This document shows positions 10,604-21,218 of a DNA stretch of 64,000 nucleotides, one piece after another. The notes under the pieces were generated by a model. It was not told the DNA's origin. It saw only the letters and a program-made list of their open reading frames with translations, and did not search any database. The stretch comes from an uncultured Gammaproteobacteria bacterium (GTDB lineage Bacteria; Pseudomonadota; Gammaproteobacteria; DRLM01), in NCBI GenBank assembly GCA_963729605.1, contig CAVSNY010000002.1:1-64000 (forward strand). Direction: 5' to 3'. A program made the translations under genes and the position numbers. Position 1 is the first letter of the stretch; every line of letters begins with the position of its first letter.

Positions 10604-11092
10604 ATGGCAGACAAACGAGCCAAACTCACCCAGTTTTTGAACCAGCAATATTTGTGTGAAACCCTCACCGTTAAAGAGGTGGAGACCCTCTTGGATTACA
10701 CCGAGCTGGCCTCTTCTAAAAAAGGCGCGGTGATCGCCGACATCGGCGACGTGGGTGAAGCCTTGTTTTTCGTGATCAAGGGCGAGGCGTCTTTGTTGCA
10801 CGATGACGGCGGCCGCGAGATCGAGGTGGGGCGCATGAAGGAAGGCGACCTGATGGGCGAGATGTCGTTCTTCGACCGCCATCCCCGTTCCTTGCGCATG
10901 CGCGCGCTGAGCGACGATACCCAATTGCTCAAATTGTCGCGGCCCATGTATAAGCGCCTGCGCGTCGAACATCCCTATATCGCGGTGAACCTGCTGGAGC
11001 ACGCGATCATCAGCCTCGATAGGCTGGTGCGCCGGGTGAGCGAGGACGAGGCCACCCTGGCCCGCTATATTTACGGGGCCGGTAAAAAATAA
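10604..11092 (+). CDS. Stand-alone cyclic nucleotide-binding domain protein
   Basis: GDVGEALFFVIKG and the phosphate-binding cassette GEMSFFDRHPRS; no C-terminal HTH. Confidence 0.88.
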   Translation: MADKRAKLTQFLNQQYLCETLTVKEVETLLDYTELASSKKGAVIADIGDVGEALFFVIKGEASLLHDDGGREIEVGRMKEGDLMGEMSFFDRHPRSLRMRALSDDTQLLKLSRPMYKRLRVEHPYIAVNLLEHAIISLDRLVRRVSEDEATLARYIYGAGKK

Positions 11093-11094
11093 TC

Positions 11095-11817
11095 ATGACC
11101 GATAAAAAAGCGGTGTCCCGCGCCGCGCCGCCGCACCGGGACTCGCCGTTCCGCTCGACCAGTTTTATCTTGGGCGCGGCGCGCGCCGCCCAATTTCCCG
11201 CCGACTCGGGTTGGGAAGTGGCGCTGGCGGGCCGTTCCAATGCCGGCAAGTCCAGCGCCCTCAACGTGATCGCCGGTCTGCGCGGTTTGGCGCGCATCAG
11301 CAAGACCCCGGGCCGCACCCGCGAAATCAACTTTTTCATGGTGGACGAGCAGCGCCGCTTGGTCGATCTGCCCGGTTACGGCTACGCTAAAGTGCCGGCG
11401 CCCATGAAGGAGGCCTGGCAGCGCTTGATGGAGGCCTATCTCGGCGGGCGGCGGTCCTTGCGCGGATTGATCGTGGTGATGGACAGCCGCCACCCGCTCA
11501 CCGATTACGATCATCACATGGTGAGTTGGTGCGTGGAGCGGGGTATCGCCGTGCATATTCTGCTCACCAAGGCCGATAAGCTGAGCCGGGGTGCCGCCAG
11601 CGCGACCTTGCACGGCGTGCGCGCGGCCCTGCTGCGGGAATTTGGGGTGGAGGGGCGGATCAGCATTCAATTGTTTTCCGCGCTTAAACGCACCGGTGCG
11701 GAAGAGGCGCAGGATTTACTTTTGAATTGGCTGGAAATAGATAAAAAAAAGGCCCCGGTCAAGAAGAGGGAGGAGGGACCGGGGCCTAAGAGACCCGGCT
11801 TGGGGAAGCCAGGCTAG
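11095..11817 (+). CDS. engB: Ribosome biogenesis GTP-binding protein YihA/YsxC
   Basis: G1 GRSNAGKSS, SKTPGRT, DLPGYG, TKADK; convergent with polA. Confidence 0.96.
   Translation: MTDKKAVSRAAPPHRDSPFRSTSFILGAARAAQFPADSGWEVALAGRSNAGKSSALNVIAGLRGLARISKTPGRTREINFFMVDEQRRLVDLPGYGYAKVPAPMKEAWQRLMEAYLGGRRSLRGLIVVMDSRHPLTDYDHHMVSWCVERGIAVHILLTKADKLSRGAASATLHGVRAALLREFGVEGRISIQLFSALKRTGAEEAQDLLLNWLEIDKKKAPVKKREEGPGPKRPGLGKPG
11743..11786 (-). terminator. Rho-independent terminator
   Basis: Minus strand GGCCCCGGTC-16 nt loop-GACCGGGGCC followed by TTTTTTTT. Confidence 0.8.
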
Positions 11818-11882
11818 AGGGGTTTCCCGCTCAGGGAGGCGAGCGGTAAGAGTACGACCAGAAACCTAGAAACCGTACTCAC
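11743..11882 (-). ncRNA. Candidate small RNA at the Spot42/ErsA locus
   Basis: Four consecutive hairpins ending in a GC stem plus U8, downstream of a sigmaE-like promoter, between polA and engB. Confidence 0.65.
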
Positions 11883-11886
11883 AGAC

Positions 11887-11914
11887 TGAGAGTGCCGGGG
11901 CCCGCCAAAAGTTC
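11887..11914 (-). promoter_or_regulatory. RpoE/AlgU-type promoter
   Basis: Minus strand GAACTT-N17-TCTCA immediately upstream of the hairpin series. Confidence 0.65.
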
Positions 11915-11968
11915 ATTGCAAGTCGCCAGATAATTTAAAAAGAAAAAAATTTCAGCAAATCGAGCGGC

Positions 11969-14707
11969 TTAATGCGCCTGGTCCCAATTGGGACCCACCC
12001 CGAGATCCACCACCAGCGGCACCGCTAAAGACGCCGCCCCCATCATGCAATCCCGTATCGCGTCACTGGCCTGGTCAACGACGTCCCCCGCCACTTCGAA
12101 GACCAGTTCATCATGTACCTGCATTATCATTTTAGCAGTCACCCCGCTTTTCGCTAGCCAGGCGTCGGCGCGGATCATCGCCCGTTTGATGATATCGGCG
12201 GCGGTGCCCTGCATGGGCGCGTTGATGGCGGCGCGTTCGGCGTATTGACGGCGCTGGGCCTGGCGGGCGTTGATGTCGGGCAGATAGAGGCGGCGGCCGG
12301 AGACGGTCTCCACGTAGCCGCGCTCGCGGGCCTCGGCGCGCGTGCGTTCCATGAAGGCCTTGGCGCCGGGATAGCGGGCGAAGTAGAGGTCGATGTAACT
12401 CTGCGCGGCCTCGCGGGTGATGCCGAGCTGGCGGGCGAGGCCGAACGACGACATGCCGTAGATCAGGCCGAAGTTGATGGCCTTGGCGTTGCGGCGGTGT
12501 TCGGCGCTGACCTCGGCCGGCGTCACGCCGAAGATTTCGGCGGCGGTGGCGGTGTGGATGTCGATGCCGGTGCTGAAGGCGTGCAGCAGGCGTTCGTCTC
12601 CCGAAAGGTGCGCCATGATGCGCAGTTCGATCTGCGAATAATCGGCGGCGATGATCACGTGGCCCGGCGGGGCGATGAAGGCCTGGCGGATGCGCCGTCC
12701 CTCGGCGCTGCGGATCGGGATGTTCTGCAGATTGGGGTCGCTGGAGGAGAGCCGGCCGGTCGCCGCCACCGCCTGATGGTACGAGGTGTGGACCCGGCCG
12801 GTGCGGGGATTGATCTGTTCGGGCAGGCGATCGGTATACGTCGATTTGAGTTTGCTCAAGCCACGATAATCCAAAATGAGCTGGGGTAGCGGATGATGTT
12901 CCGCCAGTTCCTGCAAGGCCTCTTCGCCGGTGGAGGGCTGGCCGGTCGGGGTTTTGAACGATACCGGCAGTTGCAGCTTGTCGTAGAGGATTTCCTGGAT
13001 TTGTTTCGGCGAGCCGAGATTGAAAGGCTGCCCCGCCAATTCATGGGCGCGTAGTTCAAACGCCGCCATTTGCATGGCGAGTTCGCCGCTCTGCCGGCGC
13101 AGCATGGCCACGTCCACCAGCACGCCGGTGCGTTCGATGCGCGACAACACCGGCACCAGCGGTATCTCCACTTCCTCGAACAGCGCCTTCACCGCCGGGG
13201 CCTGTTCGAGCTGCGGCCACAAGGCGTGATGCAGGCGCAGGGTGATGTCGGCGTCCTCGGCGGCGTAGGGCGCGGCCTCGTCGAGGGCGATCTGATTGAA
13301 GGTGAGCTGCTTCGCGCCCTTGCCGGCGATGTCCTCGAAACCGATGGTTTCATAGCCGAGGTATTTTTTGGCGAGCGAGTCCATGTCGTGGCGGCTGGCG
13401 GTGCTGTTGTGCAGGTAGGATTCCAGCATGGTGTCGTAGCGGATCCCCCGCAGGGTGATGCCGTGGTTGGCCAGCACGCTCATATCGTATTTGAGGTTGT
13501 GGCCGAGCTTGGCGCGGGCCGGGTCTTCCAGCAGCGGTTTGAGCTTGGCGAGGACCTCGTCGCGCGGCAGTTGTTCCGGTGCGCCCGGATAATCGTGGGC
13601 GAGCGGCACGTAGGCGGCTTCGCCCGGCGTGACGGCGAAGGAGACGCCGACGATCTCGGCCTGCATGTAATCGAGGCTGGTGGTCTCGGTGTCGAAGGCG
13701 AAAAATTCCGCCTCGCTCAGCCGTGCGAGCCAGAGGTCCAGCGCCTCGCTGGTGAGTACCGTATCGTAGTTGGCGGTCTTGGCGGCGGGGACGGCGGGCG
13801 CCGCCGGCGCGGGGTCGGCAGGCTCGCCATTGGCTTGCTCGGCGTCGCCTTCCTGCAATTGTCTGAGCCAGGTTTTGAATTCCAGGCGCTGGTATAAGTC
13901 GCGCAAGGCCGCGCGGTCGGCGGGTGAACGCCGCAGATCGGTGGGACCCGCGTCCAATTTCACATCGCAATGGATGGTGGCCAATTGGCGGGCGAGCGGC
14001 AACTGATCGAGGTGGGCGCGCAGATTGTCGCCGGCGCGGCCGGTGATGTCAGCGGCGTGGGCGACGATGGTGTCGAGGCTGCCGTACTGGGTGAGCCACT
14101 TTACCGCGGTCTTGGGGCCGACCTGCGGGATGCCCGGGATATTGTCGGAGCTGTCGCCGATCAGGGCGAGGTATTCGACGATGCGTTCGGGCGGGACGCC
14201 GAATTTGGCGATCACGCCGTCCCGGTCGAGCAGGGTGTTGGACATGGTGTTGATGCAGGTGACCTGTTCGTTCACCAATTGCGCCATGTCTTTATCGCCG
14301 GTGGAGATCAGCACCGGCAGGCCTTGCGCGGCGGCGCGCAGGGCGAGCGTGCCGATCACGTCGTCGGCTTCCACCCCGTCCACCACCAGACAGGGCAGAC
14401 CGCTCGCGCGCACCGCGGCGTGCAGCGGCTCGACCTGGCTGCGGAGATCGTCGGGCATGGGCGCGCGCTGTGCCTTATACTGTGCGAACAGGTCGTCGCG
14501 AAACGTCTTGCCCTTGGCGTCGAACACCACCGCCACGTAATCCGGGTCGTAATCGGCCAGCAGCTTGCGCAGCATATTGAGCACGCCGTACACCGCGCCG
14601 GTGGGTTCGCCCCGACTGTTGGTGAGCGGCGGCAGCGCGTAAAAGGCGCGATACAGGTAGGATGAACCGTCGACGAGTACGAGCGGCTTGGGTTGTGATG
14701 GGGTCAT
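11969..14707 (-). CDS. polA: DNA polymerase I
   Basis: 5'-3' exonuclease [12 protein letters not shown], 3'-5' exonuclease FDTET, polymerase motifs [28 protein letters not shown]. Confidence 0.99.
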   Translation of the reverse strand: MTPSQPKPLVLVDGSSYLYRAFYALPPLTNSRGEPTGAVYGVLNMLRKLLADYDPDYVAVVFDAKGKTFRDDLFAQYKAQRAPMPDDLRSQVEPLHAAVRASGLPCLVVDGVEADDVIGTLALRAAAQGLPVLISTGDKDMAQLVNEQVTCINTMSNTLLDRDGVIAKFGVPPERIVEYLALIGDSSDNIPGIPQVGPKTAVKWLTQYGSLDTIVAHAADITGRAGDNLRAHLDQLPLARQLATIHCDVKLDAGPTDLRRSPADRAALRDLYQRLEFKTWLRQLQEGDAEQANGEPADPAPAAPAVPAAKTANYDTVLTSEALDLWLARLSEAEFFAFDTETTSLDYMQAEIVGVSFAVTPGEAAYVPLAHDYPGAPEQLPRDEVLAKLKPLLEDPARAKLGHNLKYDMSVLANHGITLRGIRYDTMLESYLHNSTASRHDMDSLAKKYLGYETIGFEDIAGKGAKQLTFNQIALDEAAPYAAEDADITLRLHHALWPQLEQAPAVKALFEEVEIPLVPVLSRIERTGVLVDVAMLRRQSGELAMQMAAFELRAHELAGQPFNLGSPKQIQEILYDKLQLPVSFKTPTGQPSTGEEALQELAEHHPLPQLILDYRGLSKLKSTYTDRLPEQINPRTGRVHTSYHQAVAATGRLSSSDPNLQNIPIRSAEGRRIRQAFIAPPGHVIIAADYSQIELRIMAHLSGDERLLHAFSTGIDIHTATAAEIFGVTPAEVSAEHRRNAKAINFGLIYGMSSFGLARQLGITREAAQSYIDLYFARYPGAKAFMERTRAEARERGYVETVSGRRLYLPDINARQAQRRQYAERAAINAPMQGTAADIIKRAMIRADAWLAKSGVTAKMIMQVHDELVFEVAGDVVDQASDAIRDCMMGAASLAVPLVVDLGVGPNWDQAH

Positions 14708-14810
14708 GGGCGGTCCGGCCGGCTCTGCTTAATTAATTTTAAGGTAGGGGATTGTACTAAAAATCTCCCTTCGCCACGCCGATAGTAGTTACAAGGAACC
14801 ACTATAAGAG

Positions 14811-15542
14811 ATGAGTATGGACGATAAACACCGAGCGAGTCACCCCAGCATGATGCCCGTCAACGACAGCATGCTGAGTCGGGAATCTTGGAAGATATTC
14901 CAGATCATGGCGGAGTTCGTCGAGGGCTTCGAGCGCCTGGCGCAGATCAAACCCTCCGTCAGCATTTTCGGTTCGGCGCGCACGCCGCCGGATCATCCTT
15001 ATTACAAACTCACCGAGGATATCGCCCGCGCGCTGTCGGACGCCGGATTCAGCGTGGTCAGCGGCGGCGGCCCGGGTTTGATGGAGGCGGCCAACAAAGG
15101 CTGCTTCGCCGGCAAGTCGCCCAGCATCGGCCTCAACATCGTGTTGCCGATGGAGCAGAGCACCAATCAATATCAAGACATCTCCCTCCACTTTCGCCAT
15201 TTCTTCTCGCGCAAGGTGATGTTCGTCAAATACGCCTCGGCCTACGTGGTGCTGCCCGGCGGTTTCGGTACCCTCGACGAACTGGCGGAAATCCTTACCC
15301 TGGTGCAGACCGGCAAGACCCGCCGCATCCCCATCATCCTGGTCCACAAGCCGTTCTGGGAAGGCTTGATTCAGTGGTTCAAAACCACGCTGGTAACGGA
15401 AGGCACCATCGACGAATCCGACCTCAATCTCATCCAGGTGTTGGACAAGCCGGAAGAAGTGGTGGATGCTATCTTTAATCATTATGAAAGCCGCGGCTTC
15501 GAGCCTTCCGCCGAAGAGCAAGAGATGCTGCTGGATTTGTAA
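14811..15542 (+). CDS. LOG family (TIGR00730-like) phosphoribohydrolase
   Basis: SIFGSART, SGGGPGLMEAAN, PGGFGTLDE. Confidence 0.92.
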   Translation: MSMDDKHRASHPSMMPVNDSMLSRESWKIFQIMAEFVEGFERLAQIKPSVSIFGSARTPPDHPYYKLTEDIARALSDAGFSVVSGGGPGLMEAANKGCFAGKSPSIGLNIVLPMEQSTNQYQDISLHFRHFFSRKVMFVKYASAYVVLPGGFGTLDELAEILTLVQTGKTRRIPIILVHKPFWEGLIQWFKTTLVTEGTIDESDLNLIQVLDKPEEVVDAIFNHYESRGFEPSAEEQEMLLDL

Positions 15543-15570
15543 CCACCACCCAAAAAGGACGATTCCCGTG

Positions 15571-15873
15571 ATGTCTGTAATGCGCTGGTTGTTGGTGGCC
15601 GGGCTGTTTTCGACGGCGGCGTCCGCCGTCGAGCCGGACGTCGTGCCCGGCGGTGAAAGCCTTGAGCCCGAGGTGACGATTATTCAGCGAGGTGGCGAGG
15701 CCATCGAGGAGTACCGCATCGCCAACCAGCTTTATATGATCAAGGTGACGCCCGCCCAAGGCGCGCCTTATTACTTGGTCGACACGGACGGTGACGGCAA
15801 CCTTGAAACCCGCCAGCGCGAGCTGGACCCCGATGTCGTGCCCCCGAGCTGGGTCTTGTTCCGGTGGCGTTGA
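15571..15873 (+). CDS. DUF2782-like small exported protein
   Basis: Signal peptide, EPEVTI, EEYR..QLYMIKVTP..PYYLVDTDGDG, C-terminal PxWVLFRW; usual neighbour of polA. Confidence 0.85.
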   Translation: MSVMRWLLVAGLFSTAASAVEPDVVPGGESLEPEVTIIQRGGEAIEEYRIANQLYMIKVTPAQGAPYYLVDTDGDGNLETRQRELDPDVVPPSWVLFRWR

Positions 15874-16019
15874 GGGGGTAAGCGGGCTCCGGTTTTAGAC
15901 ACGCGATTTATTTTGAAACGGCTCGGATCGGCTGTCGGGGGCGCGCCTAAAGAAGGCGCAAGTTAAGAAGAGATGTCATTTGGAGCGATTAATTGCGCGT
16001 CCCCCCTCGTATTTTTGAG

Positions 16020-16228
16020 CTATGCACAATCTCTGTGGATAAGTGTGTGGAAAGAATGCGATCAAATTCCGGAAAGCGCCGCCGCCACTGGGTTTAGGAA
16101 TAATGGCGCAATCTTCAACAATTAGCCGAGCCCTTCAATAACAAAGACTTAGCGTACCCAAGGCCGATTAAGATAAGGTCCCCGGTAAAAATCAGCCGCT
16201 CGGTTTTGAACAACGATACTGTGAATAA
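16020..16228. promoter_or_regulatory. DnaA-box cluster, DARS-like core
   Basis: CTATGCACA-5bp-TGTGGATAA-3bp-TGTGGAAAG (16020-16054), IHF-like TAACAAAGACTTA (16139-16151) and a further box TGTGAATAA (16220-16228). Confidence 0.6.
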
Positions 16229-16520
16229 AGCAAGCCCCACCCTCCCCTGGGAGTGCGATTTGAGTTGAATGAATTTGCATCATGGATGACCCGCGGCCCG
16301 GCCTGAATACGCTGGCCGACCGGTGTTGCCGGCATCCCGCTTTAGATAGGCGACGTGCGGCGTGTTGTAACTTTTATCTTGTAGGCTGGTGCTGTCGGAG
16401 CATGAGCGCCCGATGCGGAGGGTATTCATTAAACTGATTTTTTGTCGATCTAGGGTTGACGGGCGTATTATGAATGTTTTTCTTGGTGGGAAATAAGAAC
16501 CGGTCGAGGGCACAAGCACG

Positions 16521-17441
16521 GTGGCGTTGGATTGGAAACAAAGCATAAGCCTGTTCATGAACGGGGCCGCGGTAAACCGCTTGCCGGTATTGGTGACGGG
16601 GTTGGCGGTCACGTTATTGGCCTATAGCGCCGCCCGCACGACGTGGATGTTGCTGCCGCCGCCGGAAGCGCCGGCCGCGGCGCCGGCGGAGGTGGCGCAA
16701 CCCGCCGTCGCGTCGCGCGTGGTGGATCCGCTGGCCTTGAGCCGTGCCATCGCGGCGCGCCATCTATTGGGCAGCTCGCAGGCCGGGGCGGCCCCGACCG
16801 GTGCGCCCATTCCCGAGACGGCGCTGAATTTGCAATTGCGCGGCGTGGTGGCGTCCAGCGATCCGAAGAGCGCCAGTGCGATTATCGCCGATGCCGCCGG
16901 CAAGGAAGGTTTCTTTCGGGTGGGGGATGAGTTGCCGGGCGGGGCGGTCTTGAGCGAGGTTCATCCTCGGCACATCGTTTTATCGCGCGGCGGCCGTTTT
17001 GAAACCCTGGCGTTACCGCAACCGGATTTGCAAATGGGCGCCGCGTCGTCGCCGCCGCCCGGAATGCAGAATCCGCTGATCATGCCCGACGCGCCGCCGA
17101 TGAATCCGGATATCGCGCCCGACGCGGGCGTGGCGCTCCAGCAATTGCGCGGCGAGTTTTTGCAAGACCCGCAGGCCCTGGCCGCCTTGCTGCAGGGCGA
17201 GCCCTTCCGGCAGGGCGGCCGTTTCGTGGGTTACCGGGTACGGCCCGGCCAGGATGCGAGCCTGTTCGCCAAGTTCGGTTTGCAGAACGGCGATGTGGTC
17301 ACCGCCCTCAACGGGGTGAGCGTGGTGAATCCGCAGGGACGTTTGGAGCTGATGCGTACCATCGGTTCCGCTTCGCAGGTCACCGTCGATTTATTGCGTA
17401 ACGGGGCGCGTCAGTCGATCAGCATTCCCATTGGAGAGTAA
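16521..17441 (+). CDS. gspC: Type II secretion protein C (PDZ-type)
   Basis: TM helix, ETALNLQLRGVVAS HR domain, C-terminal PDZ (GLQNGDVVTALNG); first gene of the operon; start could be 16557. Confidence 0.9.
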   Translation: MALDWKQSISLFMNGAAVNRLPVLVTGLAVTLLAYSAARTTWMLLPPPEAPAAAPAEVAQPAVASRVVDPLALSRAIAARHLLGSSQAGAAPTGAPIPETALNLQLRGVVASSDPKSASAIIADAAGKEGFFRVGDELPGGAVLSEVHPRHIVLSRGGRFETLALPQPDLQMGAASSPPPGMQNPLIMPDAPPMNPDIAPDAGVALQQLRGEFLQDPQALAALLQGEPFRQGGRFVGYRVRPGQDASLFAKFGLQNGDVVTALNGVSVVNPQGRLELMRTIGSASQVTVDLLRNGARQSISIPIGE

Positions 17442-17506
17442 AAGATTTAGCGAGCCGGGACGGACGGGTTTTAAATCGCCGCGCCGGACCGATAGAGTTC
17501 ATTAGG

Positions 17507-19579
17507 ATGGCAAGCGGCCCGCTTGCAGAGGTAATCGACAAGATGGACAGTGGCAGCAATAACAAGAAGGGACTCCGCGGTCTGGGCCGGCACTGGGCAT
17601 GGACCGCGCTGTTGGCGTGGCTGGCGCTGGCGGCGCCGTCGGCGAGCGCCGAGTCGGTCACCCTCAATTTCAAAGACGCCGAACTGGACGCGGTGATCAG
17701 TTGGGTGGCGGAGCAGACCGGCCGCAATTTCGTGGTGGACCCGCGGGTCAAGAGCAAGGTCACCATCGTCTCCGGCAAACCGCTCAACAAAGACGAAATC
17801 TACCAGGTGTTTCTCTCGGTGCTGCAGGTGCACGGCTTTGCCGCGGTGCCCGCCGGCGGGGTGATCAAGATCATGCCCGACGTCAACGCCAAGCAATCGG
17901 GCGTGCCGGTGTCGAGCGGCCGCGACGGTCTGCGCGGCGACGAGATGGTGACCCGGGTGATGATCTTGAGCAATGTGCCGGCCGCCCAACTCGTGCCGAT
18001 ATTGCGGCCGCTGATTCCCCAACAAGGGCATATGGTGGCCTATCCGCCCAGCAATGTGCTCATCGTGTCGGACCGCGCATCTTCCATCGACCGCATCGCC
18101 GAGATCATCGAGCGCATCGACCTGCCCAGCGTGGAGAACGAGATCGAGGTCATTTCGCTGCGTTATGCGGCGGCGAGCGAAGTGGTGCGCATCCTCACCG
18201 CCCTCGAACAACAGAATCAACAAAGCGCCCAGCAACGCCAGGGCGGCGAACTGCCGGACGCGCGCTCGACCTTGATGGCCGACGAGCGCAGCAACAGCAT
18301 TTTATTGAGCGGCGGCAAATCCAACCGCCTGCGCATCCGCGCCATCATTTCCCACCTCGACATCCCGCTGGAGCGCGAGGGCGACATCCACGTGGTGTAT
18401 CTGCGCTACGCCAACGCCAAGGAACTGGTGCCGGTGCTCACCGGCATCGGCCAGAGCGTGCAGCAGGAAGAACAGGCCAAAAAAGGCGCCGCCGCCGCGG
18501 CCGGCCAAGGCGCGGGTTTCACCGTTCAAGCCGACGAGAGCACCAATGCCCTGGTGATCACCGCGCCGCAGGAAGTTTACCGGTCTTTGCAGGCGGTGAT
18601 CCGCCAACTGGATGTGCGACGCGCCCAAGTATTGGTGGAGTCGGTGATCGCGGAGGTCTCGGTGACGCGCGCCGCGCAATTGGGAGTGCAATGGGCGGTG
18701 GACGGCAGTTCGCGCGGCAATAGCCCGGTGGGGGCCACCAATTTCGGCAACGGCACCGGGTCGAGTCTCAGCGACATCACGAGAGGCATTATCGCCGGCA
18801 CGCCGAGCTTGCCCGAAGGTTTGACTTTCGGCCTCGGCCGTCTCAACAGCAGCAACGGTCTCAATTTCGCGGCGATAGTGCGCGCCCTGCAAGGCGACGG
18901 CGCCACCAACGTCTTGTCCACGCCGACCCTGGTGACCCTCGACAACCAGGAGGCGGAGATCGTGGTCGGTCAGACCGTGCCTTTCATCACCGGCTCTTTC
19001 TCCAGTACCGGCACGGGTTCGACGCCGACCACGCCTTTTCAAACCATCAACCGCGAGAACGTCGGCCTTACCCTCAAAGTCAAACCGCAGATCAACGAGG
19101 GCAACACCATCCGTCTGGAAGTGGAGCAGAAGGTCGACAGCCTGGCCGCCAGTACCCAGGGCGCGGCGGACCTGATCACCAATACCCGTTCCATTCGCAC
19201 CACGGTGCTGGTGGACGACGGTGAGGTGGTGGTGCTCGGCGGCTTGATCACCGACGACCTTCGCGAGAGCGTGCAAAAGGTGCCGGGGCTGGGCGACCTG
19301 CCGGTGCTGGGCGCCTTGTTCCGTTACAAATCCACCAGCAAGGACAAGACCAACCTCATGGTGTTTCTGCATCCGGTCATCATGCGCGATGAAAATCTCC
19401 TGGCGCAGGCCTCCGGCAATAAATACAACCTGATGCGCGCCAAACAATTGCAACTCCGCGAGAAGGGGGTGTCCTTGCTGCCGGATGAAGAATCGCCGCT
19501 GATGCCCACCTTGGACGAGCGCATGGAACTGCCGGCGCCCTTCGCGGGAGGCGCGACGGACCCGCGTCCGCCGCGTTGA
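17507..19579 (+). CDS. gspD: Type II secretion secretin D
   Basis: TLNFKDAE N0 domain, N-domain repeats, secretin signature VPGLGDLPVLGALF; start uncertain. Confidence 0.96.
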   Translation: MASGPLAEVIDKMDSGSNNKKGLRGLGRHWAWTALLAWLALAAPSASAESVTLNFKDAELDAVISWVAEQTGRNFVVDPRVKSKVTIVSGKPLNKDEIYQVFLSVLQVHGFAAVPAGGVIKIMPDVNAKQSGVPVSSGRDGLRGDEMVTRVMILSNVPAAQLVPILRPLIPQQGHMVAYPPSNVLIVSDRASSIDRIAEIIERIDLPSVENEIEVISLRYAAASEVVRILTALEQQNQQSAQQRQGGELPDARSTLMADERSNSILLSGGKSNRLRIRAIISHLDIPLEREGDIHVVYLRYANAKELVPVLTGIGQSVQQEEQAKKGAAAAAGQGAGFTVQADESTNALVITAPQEVYRSLQAVIRQLDVRRAQVLVESVIAEVSVTRAAQLGVQWAVDGSSRGNSPVGATNFGNGTGSSLSDITRGIIAGTPSLPEGLTFGLGRLNSSNGLNFAAIVRALQGDGATNVLSTPTLVTLDNQEAEIVVGQTVPFITGSFSSTGTGSTPTTPFQTINRENVGLTLKVKPQINEGNTIRLEVEQKVDSLAASTQGAADLITNTRSIRTTVLVDDGEVVVLGGLITDDLRESVQKVPGLGDLPVLGALFRYKSTSKDKTNLMVFLHPVIMRDENLLAQASGNKYNLMRAKQLQLREKGVSLLPDEESPLMPTLDERMELPAPFAGGATDPRPPR

Positions 19580-19589
19580 GGGATGAACC

Positions 19590-21122
19590 ATGAGCGTGAT
19601 GCCCGACGACATCGCCCCTGACGGCGCGCCCGCCGCCCCGGCGGAACCGCCGGTCCTGCGCCGTTTGCCTTTCGCCTTCGCCAAACGTCACGGTGTGCTG
19701 GTCAATTTATGGGAAAACGGCCGTGCGGTGGTGTGGTGCCGTTCCGACGTCAGCGCCGCCGCCCTCGCCGAAGTGCGCCGTTATCTCGGCGCGCCGGTCA
19801 GCTTGCAGACCTTGGACAGCGACAAGTTCGATTACCTGTTGCGCCAGGCCTACGAGCAAGGCTCGAGCGAAGCCATGGACATCATGGGCGACATGGGCGA
19901 CGACATGGACTTGTATCGCATCGCCCAGCAATTGCCGGAACCGGAAGACCTCCTGGAGAGCGAGGACGACGCGCCGATCATCCGTCTGCTCAACGCCTTG
20001 CTCACCCAGGCGGTGAAAGAAAACGCCTCCGACATCCACATCGAACCCTACGAACACCGGTTGGTGGTGCGTTACCGCGTCGACGGCATCTTGCGTGAAG
20101 TGCTGGAGCCGCGCCGGGTCTTGGCGCCGCTGATCACCTCGCGCATCAAGGTCATGGCCAAACTCGACATCGCCGAGAAGCGCCTGCCGCAAGACGGCCG
20201 CATCAGCCTGCGCATCGCCGGCCGGCCGGTGGACGTACGCGTTTCCACTTTGCCCTCCGGCCACGGCGAGCGGGTGGTGCTGCGTCTGCTCGACAAACAG
20301 GCGGGGCGTCTGGATTTGGAACACCTCGGCATGGCCGCCGACGCCTTGGCGCTGATCGACAAAATCATCCGCCGGCCGCACGGCATCATGCTGGTCACCG
20401 GCCCCACCGGTTCCGGTAAAACCACGACCTTGTACGCCGCGCTGACCCGGCTCAATGACCGCCGGCGCAACATCATGACCGTGGAAGACCCGGTGGAATA
20501 TTATCTCGACGGCGTCAGCCAGACCCACGTCAACACCCGCGTCGAGATGACCTTCGCCCGCGGCCTGCGCGCCATCCTGCGCCAGGATCCGGACGTGGTG
20601 ATGGTGGGCGAAATCCGCGATTTGGAAACCGCCGAGATCGCGGTGCAGGCGAGTCTCACCGGCCACTTGGTGCTTTCTACTTTGCACACCAACAGCGCGG
20701 TGGGCGCGGTGACCCGGCTGCGCGACATGGGCGTCGAACCGTTTCTGTTGTCGTCCAGCCTGATCGGCGTGTTGGCGCAGCGCTTGGTGCGCTTGTTGTG
20801 CGCGCAATGCAAACAGCCGTACACGGCGACGGAGGTGGATTGCGCGCGGCTCGGTTTCGACACCGCCGCGCCACCGACTTTATACAGCCCCGGCGGCTGC
20901 AAGGCCTGCGGCCATTCCGGCTACAGCGGCCGCACCGGCATCTACGAGATGCTGGAAGTGGACGAAAAGATGCGCGGCATGATCCACGACGGCGCCGGCG
21001 AACAGCAACTCGAGGCCTATTCCCACGCCCGCCACCGCAACCTGTTTCAGGACGGCGTGCGGCGGGTGCTGAACGGCGACACCTCCCTCGAAGAAGTGCT
21101 GCGGGTGACGCATGAAGATTAG
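19590..21122 (+). CDS. gspE: Type II secretion ATPase E
   Basis: ASDIHIEP, Walker [25 protein letters not shown], tetracysteine motif. Confidence 0.97.
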   Translation: MSVMPDDIAPDGAPAAPAEPPVLRRLPFAFAKRHGVLVNLWENGRAVVWCRSDVSAAALAEVRRYLGAPVSLQTLDSDKFDYLLRQAYEQGSSEAMDIMGDMGDDMDLYRIAQQLPEPEDLLESEDDAPIIRLLNALLTQAVKENASDIHIEPYEHRLVVRYRVDGILREVLEPRRVLAPLITSRIKVMAKLDIAEKRLPQDGRISLRIAGRPVDVRVSTLPSGHGERVVLRLLDKQAGRLDLEHLGMAADALALIDKIIRRPHGIMLVTGPTGSGKTTTLYAALTRLNDRRRNIMTVEDPVEYYLDGVSQTHVNTRVEMTFARGLRAILRQDPDVVMVGEIRDLETAEIAVQASLTGHLVLSTLHTNSAVGAVTRLRDMGVEPFLLSSSLIGVLAQRLVRLLCAQCKQPYTATEVDCARLGFDTAAPPTLYSPGGCKACGHSGYSGRTGIYEMLEVDEKMRGMIHDGAGEQQLEAYSHARHRNLFQDGVRRVLNGDTSLEEVLRVTHED

Positions 21123-21218
21123 GGCCGAGCAGCGAATAGCCAGTAGCAAGGGCGCCCGCGGCGGTTCTCTTGCACTCGCTACTTGCCACTTACTACTCGC
21201 CGCCCGGTTTTAAAAAGC

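Noticed and set aside
15874-16520. Possible oriC
   Set aside because: Only about four DnaA boxes, no clear AT-rich unwinding repeats, and no dnaA/gidA/parAB nearby; DARS-like is the better reading
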